Shown here one piece after another: positions 46,901 to 58,526 of a stretch of 64,000 nucleotides of DNA. Location: NCBI GenBank assembly GCA_030586555.1, contig JAURAC010000010.1:8730-72729 (forward strand), written 5' to 3'. The position numbers were made by a program, and so were the translations under genes. Source of the DNA: Candidatus Subterrananammoxibius californiae. Lineage in GTDB: Bacteria > Planctomycetota > Brocadiia > Brocadiales > Subterrananammoxibiaceae. How positions within the stretch are numbered: the first letter of the stretch is position 1; every line of letters starts with the position of its first letter. The notes beneath the pieces were generated by a model, which did no database searches, was not told the DNA's origin, and was given only the letters and a program-made list of their open reading frames with translations.

Positions 46901-48067
46901 ATTACAGATAAGGCAAAGCTCCTCTGCGGTCATTTCCAGGAGGTGTATACAACTAATAGTGATTGGAATGGAGTAGGTCCAAAACAGGCAAGCTTGATTG
47001 TGCCTGGTGAAAAGGTAGTATGGCTGTCTCCAGATGGAACTATCAATTTAATCCCTGTTGTTGCTGTTCAGGAAATGCATCCAACAAAAGAAATCCCTTC
47101 TTTATCCTTATGTGAATTTACGATTACTGATACAGCCGTTGCACGTGCTGGTATTATGCCGAATATGTTTGCCAATGGTATATTGGTGAACATGAGATTT
47201 AATGCTATGGATGCCGGTGGGGAAGATTTGGGAAAAGAAGGTCCAAATAGAGGAATATCACCTGCGCCAAAGGAGAAGGGACCAGGATATCCGCAACCCG
47301 GCGGTAGTGATATTGTACGTAATGAAAAGTTGCCAGAAACTAAAATTAAATACAACGATGATGATGTGTCACAATTTGTACGCAACAGGCAAGAACTAAA
47401 CGCCGCATTTGCAAGACAAAAATCAATAGGCGCTGCACGTCCTGATGTGATACAACGTTTTCTTTCGCATTACTTTGACGGTTCAGTATCAATAAGTGAT
47501 GTTTATAAAAGTATAAGTAATTATCTCCATGATTATCTTTATGCAAGGGATTTTCTCGTAAATACGGGCAATCCACGTGTATTGCCTGGTTTTATTAATT
47601 CTTACTTGTTCCTTGCCACGTTGGTATATGAGGCAGGAGATATGAATGCAGGAGATGCATTGACGCGGGACTTTTTCTGTTTTATTACCAGAACGATTAA
47701 TAAACAAGGCGGTAAAGGATTCTATTCAGGCGACTCGTTTTGTGTCAGAAATGGGATACTTGCCGCCAGAGATATTTTGCTCTACATGCGCAATAAGTGC
47801 GAAAAGGATGGATTTGAACCAATTACGCAAGTGGAGTTTTCGGCAGAAAGCTTTGATGCCATTTTAAAACAAGATTTCATTGGGCAGGTGAAATGCAGTG
47901 AAGATATTTTAAATAACAATAATGTGAACTTGTATAATCTTTGTCGGCAGCTTGATAAATGGGCAGGAATGCCTATGCCTCTTGCTGAGTCTATTGTGTC
48001 TCCGGAGTTAAAGGCGCACGGGTTATTTGAAGGAACTGTATATCGTGAACGTCTTAGAACAAGATAA
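43928..48067 (+). CDS. Large exported protein with two degenerate Hint-like domains
   Basis: 1379-aa ORF; N-terminal signal/TM; VYEIALKQCPLIRVNGILI and NMFANGILV. Confidence 0.72.
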   Translation: MIRMSILQSLFDWIVCTKISVRKGLVFSLIILTLFFFVIPVICQENGVGKVAGSEAISNGEGSGGEKTVSQDNITIEELEKQFGNAVKNVQPYPEIPREINLIEQPKVLRRILLPVYRDFLVINDDLVSKHFRSADEAVLANILKKWNLPFLDTEQYISIPFFIEIPASEGTKQGIPRFIISSKIHKSPLSTRLYYLGMLKAYAALPRAFKDAPSCWSHGLSSLIAQDFWYPGSMASCPELEVETAIATLLFHKNNNLIWDAYLEDESSFDYNAYKNSLRNTIKDIGSGDTDKALTELLRSPEEYYAQGQKERTNAETEGKSFVTLIPPNMYILWLILPDSETGLHSIADFSKTNIKHSGLRLVILNACYDKLCARFGQTPNGLLTNSAILLSQYVEDRLRELSPEAENEAKQLINNFDQQREDVWNKFNDELQKRGQKDEDLKKKIIAYDPSMLKWTFTFLYNYSLDIRKKQKELRDQIRSENPGISEEDVDKKTPEKITGELMLQWWRQDPLIAKLLDKVGEPSLDVKRAEPNRGIQLDCVWSLQRQGTSDIEKVTIHIWDPCSSGGGKPKPGVSGKAKVVVRKDLNSAPEEIELKDIKKNYFVQTLGKIDDVDVEKMEEDWARVVAISTENTIAPWQINSGAGQSLEIGRIQAVRVKLGNENTWKWQEPRSIRAKKDVLLGIKPEGPIPEKQKASFFPAEISNSSGVNKNLQLVLIQLSHKEVTELKESGTGIWGYFADSRFVQAEVFPADEGIDGMADIEIPDGKKKVESLQPPVSDKPGEKVNAFDYKNPNTFVDNILKRDSKITNYIIKISYKLPDGGLGSIRVAEGQLLVVYESENKVMSLKKAYQLKNKNLLVCGFLNDGSPKTAEITNLEGLEEKLGVYEIALKQCPLIRVNGILIPVKTKQSRIYPGIEKNSLVQMSPSLEIVREASAEKINLKSSLCKRAFEVNTTNLILSYNVNIDPRSFWQAEIAKRNDYESTRYVQIITDKAKLLCGHFQEVYTTNSDWNGVGPKQASLIVPGEKVVWLSPDGTINLIPVVAVQEMHPTKEIPSLSLCEFTITDTAVARAGIMPNMFANGILVNMRFNAMDAGGEDLGKEGPNRGISPAPKEKGPGYPQPGGSDIVRNEKLPETKIKYNDDDVSQFVRNRQELNAAFARQKSIGAARPDVIQRFLSHYFDGSVSISDVYKSISNYLHDYLYARDFLVNTGNPRVLPGFINSYLFLATLVYEAGDMNAGDALTRDFFCFITRTINKQGGKGFYSGDSFCVRNGILAARDILLYMRNKCEKDGFEPITQVEFSAESFDAILKQDFIGQVKCSEDILNNNNVNLYNLCRQLDKWAGMPMPLAESIVSPELKAHGLFEGTVYRERLRTR

Positions 48068-51000
48068 AATGAAAAAAAGAATAAATCTATTCCGTAGAAA
48101 TCTTTTTGTTACAAACAGCAAAAACCGGTATACAAAGATTTTTCTGCTGTTCACAACAGTATTTTGCATTCTTTTGCTATTCTTAATTCATGTGAGAATA
48201 GTTGTTGCTGCTGAAAGCACGGCACACCTCGATTTGAGAGTGGCGTTTGAAGATCATTGGAACGAATTTTATCAGAAAAGATGGGATATTTTGATTGATA
48301 TAATGCGGACAAGGATTAATCAGGTACCAGCAGGCGCTGAACGTGATGACATTAAAAAGTGGACCTGGGAATTTGCAGAAAGGGGGTTTTGTAAAGAGAC
48401 GTACAACTATTTTCTCTTTAGTGATAAAAACAGCCCCCTTCGAAAGGAATTTATTGGTATCATTCAACAAACTGATTCCAGATTAACTCAGGATTTTTTA
48501 AGACGCATCTATGCAGGATATCAAGGCAGTCCAGTCAAATATGATTTTCAAGCATTTCTCCAGTCAGCATGGATAGACCTGAGTTCTACCATGGCCGATG
48601 AGGGCACTTATCAATCCTTGGTTAGCTTGCTGGACAATCGTGGACCTTCTGGTGATATAGACCAATATCTCAATGTGTTGTATTACGGTTACAGGACACA
48701 TAGCAGACATGAAGGTGATTTTGATAGTAATATAAGAAAGTACTATCTCGATTCACAGACCCTTAGACCAGAGACTATCAGCAAACTTCATAGCGCTCTC
48801 AATCAAAATTATTGGGACGGTCTCAAACAAAAGAAAGATTGGATGCTTGCAAAATCAGCATCCCGATTGTATAACGATTTTCCCCCACAGAGGTGGGCAG
48901 AAATGGATTCTCAGGTAGTTTTAGACCTTGCAAATATATTGTCAAAGGCTAATAACATTCCAGAAGTCAAACAGGTGGAGGTTATAGAGTGGATAAAAAA
49001 GATAGGTGAAGACGTAAAGAAAAACCCTGCAAGCGTACCAGTGCGTTCTTTACTTGCATATTTTATTTCAAATTCTAACGTGAGTCTTCGCACGTCTTTT
49101 CAGTGCATTTTACCTTTATTCCGGGACGACCAGACAATGTTTGCAGCGCTTCATGATTCACCACCAGAAAATTTTCCAATGAAGATATGGCATGGAGATT
49201 CACAGAATCTTTCTGACTGTGTTGATTTGCTTTGTGGGTTTTTCCAGATTAATCGTGCCCCTCAGTGGGAAACAAAACTATGGGATTGCCTTCGGGATCG
49301 TTACTATGTTGTTTATCAGGGACTTAGAAATCGTATTTTCACTACAATAATTAGACCAATTTATGAAAATCATGAACTCACTGCTAACCCCATCAGGAAA
49401 AGATTATTACATGAGACTTATAAGGACAAATGGCTGCTGGATTCCCATCGCTATGAAATTGCGCATCACTTTCTTGCAAATCAACTGATGACGGATACCG
49501 TTGCAATGGAAGGAAGAAATATTGATGTGTTAACTTTTACCACAAATATATACAACAGTTTTGCTCCTGCAGAAAATCAGCTATATGAGTCAGAATCATT
49601 GAAAAGAAAAATTGAACAGATTGGTATAGGATTTCCAGCTACAGAATCAGAAAGGATTATAGCTTATGTCAACTGCGTATTAGGAGAACCTCTGACACTC
49701 ATGTGCTATGCGTTCATGGGAAAAACCAACCTTACCAAAGGTGTTTCTTTTCCTCTGGTGGCAGCAGATGGTAATAGTGACAGCCCCCAGGCATTGCAAT
49801 TTGAAGCGGTCCTTAGAAGGATTGTAGAACTGAAAGGTATCCTGAAGCAGCAATATGCAACAAAACTTGATAGGATAAAAATACTTGAAGATGTTGTAAA
49901 TGAAGTGATTCGTGGAATGGAAGAAGCAATTGCAAAGAAAGACCAGAGACAGATTGTTACCATGATTCGCCTTATATTAAAGATTACTGTGGTTCTGGAA
50001 GATGATTCCTACCTTGATCGAGTTTTGGTTACCTTACGGGATGTCTTTGGGATTGGGGCTGATGCTGCATTATTTCAAAAATTGGAAAGCTCTACCCTTA
50101 ATGGCCGAGTTTATTGTTTTTCTGCGCTGCACTCTGATGACCTTGTTAAGGCGCTCAAAGCCATTGGAAAGATAAAATATTTTGTGAAATTTTACGATGA
50201 ACTTTATGTCCCGCTTCGCAGTATTTACGGTTTTTTTAATAAGGTCGGCGCAGAACCTTACCTGAAATTTATAAATGAATTTACCAGTAATGCTTACGAA
50301 GAAAAGCGTAATATAAATGAGTTGTTCGAGAAAGAAATTGAAAACCTTGGCGCTATTCATAATGCGGATGGACAACCGGAGTATATCAATGCTGAGAGTG
50401 CAGTCGTAACGCTTATAGATCATTACTGTAAGACATTGAATATAAATCTGTGGGAAAAACCGAAGACAATTGCTTTGAGTAAAAATATAAATTTAGGCGT
50501 TATTTACCGCTTGTTGAATGAAAAAGGAAGCAATGGATGGGAACTAAAAGGCATGGATGATCAAAATCGTGCCAGATGTTACAGAACTTTGGCAGAGGTG
50601 TTTCTTGAAAACGTAGAAAATCCAAACATGATGAGTAAACCTGTTAATCTTTACGAACCACCAGCACTGTATTCAAAATGGGATTTTTTCAGTTTTCTAC
50701 GCTCTATGACAGACCTTTACGAGATACTCGGATATCCGATTCCGGGAAAAGCGCCTGCAACACTTTATGAGGGTACGCCATGCAGCAAGGATGGCGTTAA
50801 AAGGGCGATTTTAAAGGGCAGCGACAAGCTCTTACCAAGAAAGGTTAATGGCTCTTTGCGCGCTGTGGTTGTTGAGAAATTTAAGGACATGAAAGGTGTT
50901 GAAGAAAACGAATATTCAGACAAATGCGAAGAAATGGTTAAACTCGCGCTCCTTTTGCCTAACAAAGAAGAAAATAACGAAGGCGACAGAGAAAATTTGG

Positions 51001-53108
51001 GAAAATACTACGGCATCAAAAAGGACGTATATGAAATGATAAGAATGTTACTCAATAAGGAAAAAGCAAAGCTATATTGGTTACTATGGTTATGTCGTCT
51101 TGAAGCGAGTGAATATGGTCTTGCAAATGATAGAGGTTTCAATTACGAACAGGACCGTACTACACATTATAGAGATCTGGGAACTACCGAAAGGACAACT
51201 CTTAGTCTCGAAGAGTTTCGCCTTATACAGATAAATCAATCAAAAGATCGGGAGGCTATAACGATTGTTGAACTTGCACAAAAAGTATTGGACCTTGCTA
51301 ATAAGATTACCAAAAATTATGACCTTGTAGGTGGACGTTTTGATCCTATATCAAGGGCAATTCTTGAGTTTTATCGTAAAACAAACCCAAAGAGTGTCCT
51401 TGAAAATCTGAAAGAAGAAGATGTGTTCACGCTGTGGGTTTTAACGACAATGTGTCGTGATGCGCTTGAGGATGCAGCATCAAATCCTCAAAACCTTAAT
51501 GAAGCGCAAAAGGCAGCAGTAGTTACTATTATATCTTCTTTATATGCAATCCATAGCTACTTTATGCCCTTCGTTGATTCAGGATTTAACATAAACTCTT
51601 TGTTTGAATTAGAATATGCACTACCGATGTTTTGCATGTTAGACTGCAATGTTAAAAAACCTACTGTGAAACTTCTACAGATCTATGAAACTACATGGCC
51701 GGCTGTGGCACAAAATGCAAGGTCGGACGCTAACAGAACCGAAATGTTGGAAATGCTACCATGTGAATTACAGGTCTTCTTGATTTGCCATAATTTTTTG
51801 CCTTTATCCCTCCTGAAGACAAGTCTGGAAATACCGGAACGATTCCTGACGTTAGTAGAAGGGAAAGAAGTTAAAGTAACAACTTATAATTTCCGGTTAC
51901 TATGGGAAAGAGAAGATAAGGCTACTATCTCTTTTGAACACCTCTGTGAAGAGGTAATGAATGGTATTGATTGTAATAAAGACATTCTTATGGGCGCAAA
52001 GGAACTGGACGATAGAGGTTATATCGAGTATTTTTTTGGAGATATGTGGCCTAACATAGATACCGAATCGAAGTTTAAAAGGGAAATGTCAAAGAACTTT
52101 GATGCTGTTGTACGTGAACTGGCGCAATTACCGGGGGATAGTAAAAGGCTGGATAATCTGCAAAAAGCTATTGAAACAAAACTTCGTCAGGAAACTGATT
52201 CAGCCAAATTAGACCGCCTTAATAAGGCGCTTAATGAGGTCAAAAGTATTAAGGACCGGATAGGAAATATACTTGGCCAGGGATATGAATATTTTGGTCG
52301 AATCCTGGCAGAGAAGTTACATTCCATATTTGCAGTACAACGCACATGTGAATTAGCTGGAGACAAGATTGCTAAGGCTAAGCAAGACCTTGCCAGCGAG
52401 TCTTACAAACTGTACTCGGAATTCTATAATAAAGGACTATTCGTTGAAGGTACATTCATAAAAAGAGGAAAAAATGAACATGAAGCGTTGTATTACGCAA
52501 TGATCGAAAAATTCTACTTGTTACAAAATTCAAACAAAACTCTTACAATAGCCGTGGAAAATGAAAATACCGCCGAGCCTGCCTTTATACCTTATAATAT
52601 TTCGCATGGAGAATCTTTTGATACTTCTTTAAAGAAAAGAGAACGGAAAGAATTTTCTGATGAAGCTTTTTCTCAATATCAACAAAGATACTGGTTGCTC
52701 ATTGACGGTACTGTTAGCCAGGAAACTAACAAGTGGATGGAAAATCAAAATCTTAATGAAAGTGAGATAAGATTTGAGACGGATGGCGTCATGGTAACCG
52801 CAAGAAAACCAGTGGAGATAAGAACCGAATTTGATAAGTTATATCTTAGCAGCTTTCTCGGTCTCTTTCAGGGTCTGTTTTGCGGCGACGGTCTGGACAA
52901 AGGTATATCTTTTATTGGTAGTGTTGCATGGGATAAAGATACGGAGGGAAATCCAACTATCATACCTCTTGATTATGACAGGAAAGAGGACGAAATACGT
53001 AGCCTACTTCGGTGGATATACGAATCTGCTAAAAAATACGAAAAGATACCAGAACTCAGACAATTATTTGTTGAGTCAGACTTTGCTGTATCGGAGAATT
53101 TGGAATGA
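48027..53108 (+). CDS. Very large hypothetical exported alpha-helical protein (likely start ATG 48069)
   Basis: 1693-aa ORF; N-terminal hydrophobic segment ending VVA-AE; no recognisable domain. Confidence 0.75.
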   Translation: MKELYIVNVLEQDKMKKRINLFRRNLFVTNSKNRYTKIFLLFTTVFCILLLFLIHVRIVVAAESTAHLDLRVAFEDHWNEFYQKRWDILIDIMRTRINQVPAGAERDDIKKWTWEFAERGFCKETYNYFLFSDKNSPLRKEFIGIIQQTDSRLTQDFLRRIYAGYQGSPVKYDFQAFLQSAWIDLSSTMADEGTYQSLVSLLDNRGPSGDIDQYLNVLYYGYRTHSRHEGDFDSNIRKYYLDSQTLRPETISKLHSALNQNYWDGLKQKKDWMLAKSASRLYNDFPPQRWAEMDSQVVLDLANILSKANNIPEVKQVEVIEWIKKIGEDVKKNPASVPVRSLLAYFISNSNVSLRTSFQCILPLFRDDQTMFAALHDSPPENFPMKIWHGDSQNLSDCVDLLCGFFQINRAPQWETKLWDCLRDRYYVVYQGLRNRIFTTIIRPIYENHELTANPIRKRLLHETYKDKWLLDSHRYEIAHHFLANQLMTDTVAMEGRNIDVLTFTTNIYNSFAPAENQLYESESLKRKIEQIGIGFPATESERIIAYVNCVLGEPLTLMCYAFMGKTNLTKGVSFPLVAADGNSDSPQALQFEAVLRRIVELKGILKQQYATKLDRIKILEDVVNEVIRGMEEAIAKKDQRQIVTMIRLILKITVVLEDDSYLDRVLVTLRDVFGIGADAALFQKLESSTLNGRVYCFSALHSDDLVKALKAIGKIKYFVKFYDELYVPLRSIYGFFNKVGAEPYLKFINEFTSNAYEEKRNINELFEKEIENLGAIHNADGQPEYINAESAVVTLIDHYCKTLNINLWEKPKTIALSKNINLGVIYRLLNEKGSNGWELKGMDDQNRARCYRTLAEVFLENVENPNMMSKPVNLYEPPALYSKWDFFSFLRSMTDLYEILGYPIPGKAPATLYEGTPCSKDGVKRAILKGSDKLLPRKVNGSLRAVVVEKFKDMKGVEENEYSDKCEEMVKLALLLPNKEENNEGDRENLGKYYGIKKDVYEMIRMLLNKEKAKLYWLLWLCRLEASEYGLANDRGFNYEQDRTTHYRDLGTTERTTLSLEEFRLIQINQSKDREAITIVELAQKVLDLANKITKNYDLVGGRFDPISRAILEFYRKTNPKSVLENLKEEDVFTLWVLTTMCRDALEDAASNPQNLNEAQKAAVVTIISSLYAIHSYFMPFVDSGFNINSLFELEYALPMFCMLDCNVKKPTVKLLQIYETTWPAVAQNARSDANRTEMLEMLPCELQVFLICHNFLPLSLLKTSLEIPERFLTLVEGKEVKVTTYNFRLLWEREDKATISFEHLCEEVMNGIDCNKDILMGAKELDDRGYIEYFFGDMWPNIDTESKFKREMSKNFDAVVRELAQLPGDSKRLDNLQKAIETKLRQETDSAKLDRLNKALNEVKSIKDRIGNILGQGYEYFGRILAEKLHSIFAVQRTCELAGDKIAKAKQDLASESYKLYSEFYNKGLFVEGTFIKRGKNEHEALYYAMIEKFYLLQNSNKTLTIAVENENTAEPAFIPYNISHGESFDTSLKKRERKEFSDEAFSQYQQRYWLLIDGTVSQETNKWMENQNLNESEIRFETDGVMVTARKPVEIRTEFDKLYLSSFLGLFQGLFCGDGLDKGISFIGSVAWDKDTEGNPTIIPLDYDRKEDEIRSLLRWIYESAKKYEKIPELRQLFVESDFAVSENLE

Positions 53109-54637
53109 AAAATCCTCCAAATGATAAACATAACAGAAGTCAAAAAGACATATTCTTTTCTGTTCCTGATGAAATTGAAAAAAAGGTCAAAGAGATTATT
53201 ATCAAACAAATAGGTATAAAAGCAGAACAGATTACAGAAAAGATGTTGCTTGTTGATCATCCTAAATACTATAGAACTCTCATAGAGTTTGAAGATGTCT
53301 TTGAAATGAATATTCCCGACGAAGACATTGTGAAGATACAAACCATAGGAGACGCTATTAAATACATTGAGGAACGTAAAAAGATTAGGAAATCAAATGA
53401 CACGAACATCTCAGATAAAGATGCAGAGAAAAGAGAAGATATGAAAGATGCAATTAAAATTAATGGCTGGACAAAGATGGGATATAAAATGGGATACGGC
53501 AAATGGATTAAATGGGTTGAGGGACAACAACAAGTTAAGAAATTAAACAAAACGAATCCTGATGAAATTGAAAAAAAGGTCAAAGAGATTATTATCAAAC
53601 AAATAGGGACAGTTAAGTGGTTTAATGACCGTAAAGGGTTTGGATTCATTACCCAGGATAATGGTGAGGACGTGTTTGTCCATCACACAGCTATTAAGGG
53701 TGAGGGTTACAGGTCCTTATCTCCTGGCGATAAGGTTGAATTTGAAACAACCCAGGATGCAAAAGGTCTGATAGCCTCAAACGTAGTCAAAATAGTTAAG
53801 GAGTTAAACAAAACGAACAGTCCGCGTGAAGAAGCAAAAAAGATAATAGAGAAGGCGGTAGCAAATGTTAAATACATTGAGGAACACAAAGAACTTAGGA
53901 AACCCGAGGGGAATTTAAAAATGAGAAAATTCAGAAACATTGAAACCTATGAGGCACTCTGTCGAATCGGTAGTGAAGTGGAAAACAGTAAAGTGGAAAA
54001 TAGCGTAGAGCTCGACAAAAGTATTAAAAAAGAAGTTGCACAAGAATTTGAGAAGCGAATTAAAGAACAAGCCGAGAGTTGTTCTCCGAAGCAGGCTCTC
54101 GATTGGTGTGGTGCCCTTTTTTGGGAGCCTTTCGTAGAATATGTGGTGAACCGTGAAGAGATTCTCAATGGTTTCATAAATCCAATTAAAAAGGCCATTA
54201 AGTCCTCTGGGAAATCTTCTATAAGTGAAGGTACTGCACTAGACTGGTTAAAATTTGTTAAGAATGTAAAGATACCGATTGGCGATGCAAACCGTTTAAT
54301 AGCTGAGTGTGTCCAGGACATCAATGGAGAAGAAATGTCGCAGATTGTAGCAAAAGAAGTATGTGAGATTTTTAGGAAATTTAAACCAAATGAGACACAA
54401 GAAGCAAAGGTATATGACGCCTTGAATAAACTAGCACTACAAGGGCGGTCAGTATGGGGTATGGATTCTTTTCGCCAAGCCGTATGGGCGTGTTTAACAA
54501 AGAAACCGGAATACGATAAGCTTGTAAGCGTATGTATGTCAAAGATGTTAGAAAACATTAAGAAGGAACTAAATCTTTTTAAAACGTGGAGTAATGTTTA
54601 TATGTTGCTAAAAGAGGCAGGTATCAAGACAGATTAA
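53105..54637 (+). CDS. Mosaic protein: acyl-carrier-like domain, cold-shock domain and unknown helical domain
   Basis: [43 protein letters not shown]...DVFVHHTAI. Confidence 0.85.
   Translation: MKNPPNDKHNRSQKDIFFSVPDEIEKKVKEIIIKQIGIKAEQITEKMLLVDHPKYYRTLIEFEDVFEMNIPDEDIVKIQTIGDAIKYIEERKKIRKSNDTNISDKDAEKREDMKDAIKINGWTKMGYKMGYGKWIKWVEGQQQVKKLNKTNPDEIEKKVKEIIIKQIGTVKWFNDRKGFGFITQDNGEDVFVHHTAIKGEGYRSLSPGDKVEFETTQDAKGLIASNVVKIVKELNKTNSPREEAKKIIEKAVANVKYIEEHKELRKPEGNLKMRKFRNIETYEALCRIGSEVENSKVENSVELDKSIKKEVAQEFEKRIKEQAESCSPKQALDWCGALFWEPFVEYVVNREEILNGFINPIKKAIKSSGKSSISEGTALDWLKFVKNVKIPIGDANRLIAECVQDINGEEMSQIVAKEVCEIFRKFKPNETQEAKVYDALNKLALQGRSVWGMDSFRQAVWACLTKKPEYDKLVSVCMSKMLENIKKELNLFKTWSNVYMLLKEAGIKTD
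53164..53607 (+). repeat. Exact 51-bp intragenic direct repeat
   Basis: TCCTGATGAAATTGAAAAAAAGGTCAAAGAGATTATTATCAAACAAATAGG at 53164-53214 and 53557-53607. Confidence 0.9.
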
Positions 54638-54646
54638 TTACAAAGG

Positions 54647-55948
54647 TTGAAGGAAGGACACCGAATGGGGAAGTTCTTAGCAAGAATATTGATAGCGATT
54701 ATTGTTATTAACTGGTTCCAGATTCTGGTATGGGCTACTGATAGCGGAGTTGAAGAACTACGCACGCTCCCGTTTAGACGACAACTTGTAGAGTCAAACA
54801 AACTCTATTTGGAGATGAAAATTTACAAAATTTTAGAGGAGTTAGATACCATAAATGAAAAAATATCAAGTGCTAAAACGGAACCACTCGTTTCGTGGCT
54901 GAATGAAGGGGATGGTAAAGAAAACGACATTATCAAGACGGTGGAAGAACTGATTGGTTTCAAAAAATCCCACAATGAACGGATCGACACGTGGACAAGA
55001 GGTGATTCCCTGCCTGTACAGTTTCTCGCTCCCTTTAAAATGAATGAAGAATTGGTTAAGCGTATAAAACAAAAGAATTACCCTACACCTTGGCGTTATA
55101 TTGCAATTTGCTGGTATCCACATGCGATAAATCTTAGGCTTCACGATGACCCAATTCCCAAAGACGCCCTCGAATTGACTCCGGCCATGTGGAACTTGGA
55201 CGATACTGATGTTCAACGGTATGCCTTTTTTAGTCTTTATCGAAAGACACGACACGATGAGAAATTTAGCGTAGATTTTTTAGATATTGAAACGGGTTAC
55301 AGGTCTTTTTGGTTTGTGGAAAAAAAGAAAAAAGAAATTCATCACTGGAAGTATCTTTACTACACATACGAATATATCGAGCCCAATAAAATACCAGATG
55401 TTGAATCACATTCATTGAAGTCATTCATTTTAAATAATACCAGATGGAAGGGTGTAGAAACACTGGATGAATTCTATAATGTTAAGAAGTTGAAGCTTTA
55501 TCATGATGTCTTAGACGAGATGAGTAAGGCAGTTCTAAAGAGAGAACGTATCGATTCGTACTGGGGACTTTATACATTTGTATGTCAGACGTTCCCATGC
55601 ATTAGCGCATTCAAAATCACCAAAGGAAAAGGTACAGGATATAGATTTGTAGATGGTTACGCAGACGATAAACCAGCACAACGGAAATTTAATCCAAAAT
55701 CCGTTGTTGGTTATGCTTTATGTTTACTTAATAATAATGAGCAGCTAATTGTTTCTGGTAATTTCTACAGGAAAATATTATATCCAATACTCCTTCTCCA
55801 ATTAGAAATTCCTGATACAGCATCTTTAGTAGGTGAGGGATTCCCATATGTGGACATAAAGGTTGGTTTTAAGGGATTTCTTGATTTTTATAATGAAATT
55901 GTATCTGACTTAGACTCGAAGGCTCAAGGTGTGAAGCTCCAAAGGTAG
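54647..55948 (+). CDS. Hypothetical exported protein (likely start ATG 54665)
   Basis: MGKFLARILIAIIVINWFQILVWA signal peptide. Confidence 0.72.
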   Translation: MKEGHRMGKFLARILIAIIVINWFQILVWATDSGVEELRTLPFRRQLVESNKLYLEMKIYKILEELDTINEKISSAKTEPLVSWLNEGDGKENDIIKTVEELIGFKKSHNERIDTWTRGDSLPVQFLAPFKMNEELVKRIKQKNYPTPWRYIAICWYPHAINLRLHDDPIPKDALELTPAMWNLDDTDVQRYAFFSLYRKTRHDEKFSVDFLDIETGYRSFWFVEKKKKEIHHWKYLYYTYEYIEPNKIPDVESHSLKSFILNNTRWKGVETLDEFYNVKKLKLYHDVLDEMSKAVLKRERIDSYWGLYTFVCQTFPCISAFKITKGKGTGYRFVDGYADDKPAQRKFNPKSVVGYALCLLNNNEQLIVSGNFYRKILYPILLLQLEIPDTASLVGEGFPYVDIKVGFKGFLDFYNEIVSDLDSKAQGVKLQR

Positions 55949-55954
55949 GTCTCA

Positions 55955-58522
55955 ATGAACAAATTCTTACATCAAATAATTTTTGCTATGCTGGTGCTTG
56001 TCGTAATCATCCTAAGTATAGTATTTATAATTTTTCCGAAGGGGGATGAACCTGGCATTGAGGGAAAGAATTTATGGCATAAGCAATGCGAAAAGTTCTA
56101 CCAATCCGCCGCAGAAAAGATTGTAGGTATAGCTAAAGGCAAAGGGGTAAGAGTGATCAAGCTCATGGCAGAAGAGAATAATTCTGATTATGTATGTTCA
56201 TCACCATGCAACGAAGGACTGGCTAATTTCTTGAAAAAACTGTTAAAGTCAAACCCTGTGGTTTCTGAGATTATTTATTTAAAACAACCTATTTTTGACA
56301 ACGAGTTCAGCCATTGGCTTTCCGCGATTAGAAGCAGATGGGTGTCTGAAGAATGTCGTGAGCAACTAATCAATGGTAAATGGGAAATGACTCCAATGGC
56401 AAAAGGTGTAGAGCCGGAAAATTATTTGGATGTACGTATCAAGATACAGGAAATTAAGCTTGACAAGGGAAACAACAGTTATCGAGTTACGTTCGCTCTG
56501 GTTACAGATAAGGAAGTAGTGTTTAGTAATGAGTACAATGGCGATGCTACACAAATTCGTTGGTTCTTAAAGCAAAACTATCCCTTGTGGTCAGTAATTA
56601 TTGTTTCAGTTTTTTGTATTGTCTGGTTCTTTCTCTATCTTTTTTTGCCACATTTCAAAGGACCAGGAGGTGGCGAGATGCCTGCGGAAGCGCAGTTAGC
56701 TGCGGGTTTCATATTTATAGGATTATTGTCGTGCTTTATTCTTCTCTTTTGTAACCCTCTGCGTCGTGAAGTAGCACAGTATTCCATATCAGATAATATT
56801 ATATTTTTTATTGATCGGAATAGTGAAATATTCTTTACGCAACCTAATAAAAACGTAGAAAAAGTATCTCATCCATATGTAGTTAGGCGTATTTGTGAAA
56901 ATATAATGCAATCATTGGATGAACCAAAACCATCCGAGCAGAAATCTTTCTTTAGTTGGATTTGCAACCATGCACTATCATCAATTTACACGAGAAAAAG
57001 TTATGTGTTGAGTCGTGATAAACAATATCCGGTATTTGCTTTTTCAGGATTACAAGAGGAAGGTCATTTTATACCAACCAAACTTGTACCAGCCACCAGC
57101 ATTGATGGAACCATGCGTGAAGCTCGACTGTTTATACCACAGCTTGTTATATCGCAACTCATATCGGAGGGTCATCTGGACGCCCGTAGCAAAAACTTCG
57201 CCTGTCTCTTTACAAGCGCCTGCGCTACTTGCAAAGAGGACGTTCAAAAATACCTTTCTTATATCACAACGATGTCACAAAAAAAAGACTCATCGGCACT
57301 CAGTGTCTTCACAGCCTTCCTTCCTACCATTCCAAGAACTGGGGCAAATCATCATTATGACTACGAAGATTGTAAACTTGCCCTCGCTTCCCTAATATCG
57401 GATAAGGTAATTATTTTGAATGATGTAAGCTATAACGTGCAGGAAACATTAAAATCAATAGTACACGAACTTGCAGAAGGGCAGCAAATTAATTACGAAC
57501 AAATACGTTCTCCTCAAAAAACTGAGAAACTTTACAAAATTAGAAATCTTGGATTTTCAGATGATCATTCGGAATGGGATAAGCCGCTCGATTTGATGGA
57601 AATTCGTTCTTCAAAATTTCTCTTAGGTAAAGAAGAGGCAGAGAATGGTTGCAAGTATGTTGCTAATGAATTTTTGAATTTTTTTAAGGAAAAGAAGATT
57701 AAAGATAAAGGGGATTACGACATCCATGTGCTGCAAAATGAACCATTGAGTATCTGGTTTATGCTTATTTTATGCTCTATGGGTGGATATTTTCTCTTTG
57801 CTCAAACTAAAAATGATGTATATTTTTCAAATTTCGATGACACCCGTTTAGTTAATGGATTTGATTACATTGAGCTTTTGTTATCCTTAATCCTCTTCCT
57901 GTTGGGTTTCTTTTTCGTGCAATGGCGCTGTGACAATCCTTTAGTATGGGCATCACTGGGTTATTCTGATATGGCTTTTATTGGTGGGTTTTTGGCTTGG
58001 GTTTGTTTTTTTTGTGGACCGTTTCTTGTATTTCGAGTATGGCACAGTGGGATACAACTAAATAAAGCGAAAATCTGGGGATTCGTTGCATGCATGTTGG
58101 GAACTGGATCAATCTGCGTATTTTATCTTTACCAGGATGGTTTGATTGATAAAAAATTGTATTTGTTAACGTTTCCGATTACGGTCGGTCTTGCATGTTT
58201 GCCACTATTAATTTGCTTGAAGAAAGGGGATAATCCTTCACAAGGCAAACCAGGGCACTTTTCCTGGTGGAGACATCCTTGGTGGATGCTTGCCATTAAG
58301 AGTGCATTTCTATTTTGCCTTGTGATTGTAATATGTGGGGTATTTCATGCTGATGTATTGTATTCTTTTTCTTATTCCCGTCTTGTTCTCTTAAGTTTGC
58401 CGATTCTTTTGTGTCTCCAAGGACTGGCGCTGCTTGCTTCTCAGAGACCATGGATACCAACAACCATATCTATTGTAACACTGATAAGTATGATATATTT
58501 TCTAACTCTGATAGGAGGATGA
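55955..58522 (+). CDS. Polytopic membrane protein with possible degenerate vWA domain
   Basis: N-terminal TM, two internal TMs, DNIIFFIDRNS, about 8 C-terminal TM segments. Confidence 0.7.
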   Translation: MNKFLHQIIFAMLVLVVIILSIVFIIFPKGDEPGIEGKNLWHKQCEKFYQSAAEKIVGIAKGKGVRVIKLMAEENNSDYVCSSPCNEGLANFLKKLLKSNPVVSEIIYLKQPIFDNEFSHWLSAIRSRWVSEECREQLINGKWEMTPMAKGVEPENYLDVRIKIQEIKLDKGNNSYRVTFALVTDKEVVFSNEYNGDATQIRWFLKQNYPLWSVIIVSVFCIVWFFLYLFLPHFKGPGGGEMPAEAQLAAGFIFIGLLSCFILLFCNPLRREVAQYSISDNIIFFIDRNSEIFFTQPNKNVEKVSHPYVVRRICENIMQSLDEPKPSEQKSFFSWICNHALSSIYTRKSYVLSRDKQYPVFAFSGLQEEGHFIPTKLVPATSIDGTMREARLFIPQLVISQLISEGHLDARSKNFACLFTSACATCKEDVQKYLSYITTMSQKKDSSALSVFTAFLPTIPRTGANHHYDYEDCKLALASLISDKVIILNDVSYNVQETLKSIVHELAEGQQINYEQIRSPQKTEKLYKIRNLGFSDDHSEWDKPLDLMEIRSSKFLLGKEEAENGCKYVANEFLNFFKEKKIKDKGDYDIHVLQNEPLSIWFMLILCSMGGYFLFAQTKNDVYFSNFDDTRLVNGFDYIELLLSLILFLLGFFFVQWRCDNPLVWASLGYSDMAFIGGFLAWVCFFCGPFLVFRVWHSGIQLNKAKIWGFVACMLGTGSICVFYLYQDGLIDKKLYLLTFPITVGLACLPLLICLKKGDNPSQGKPGHFSWWRHPWWMLAIKSAFLFCLVIVICGVFHADVLYSFSYSRLVLLSLPILLCLQGLALLASQRPWIPTTISIVTLISMIYFLTLIGG

Positions 58523-58526
58523 ATTT

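Noticed and set aside
46193..47194. Active inteins in the 1379-aa protein
   Set aside because: N-terminal Cys/Ser, block B His and terminal His-Asn are all absent; no homing endonuclease
53164..53607. Template/variable repeat pair of a diversity-generating retroelement
   Set aside because: The two copies are identical, with no adenine-specific mismatches, and no reverse transcriptase is in the window
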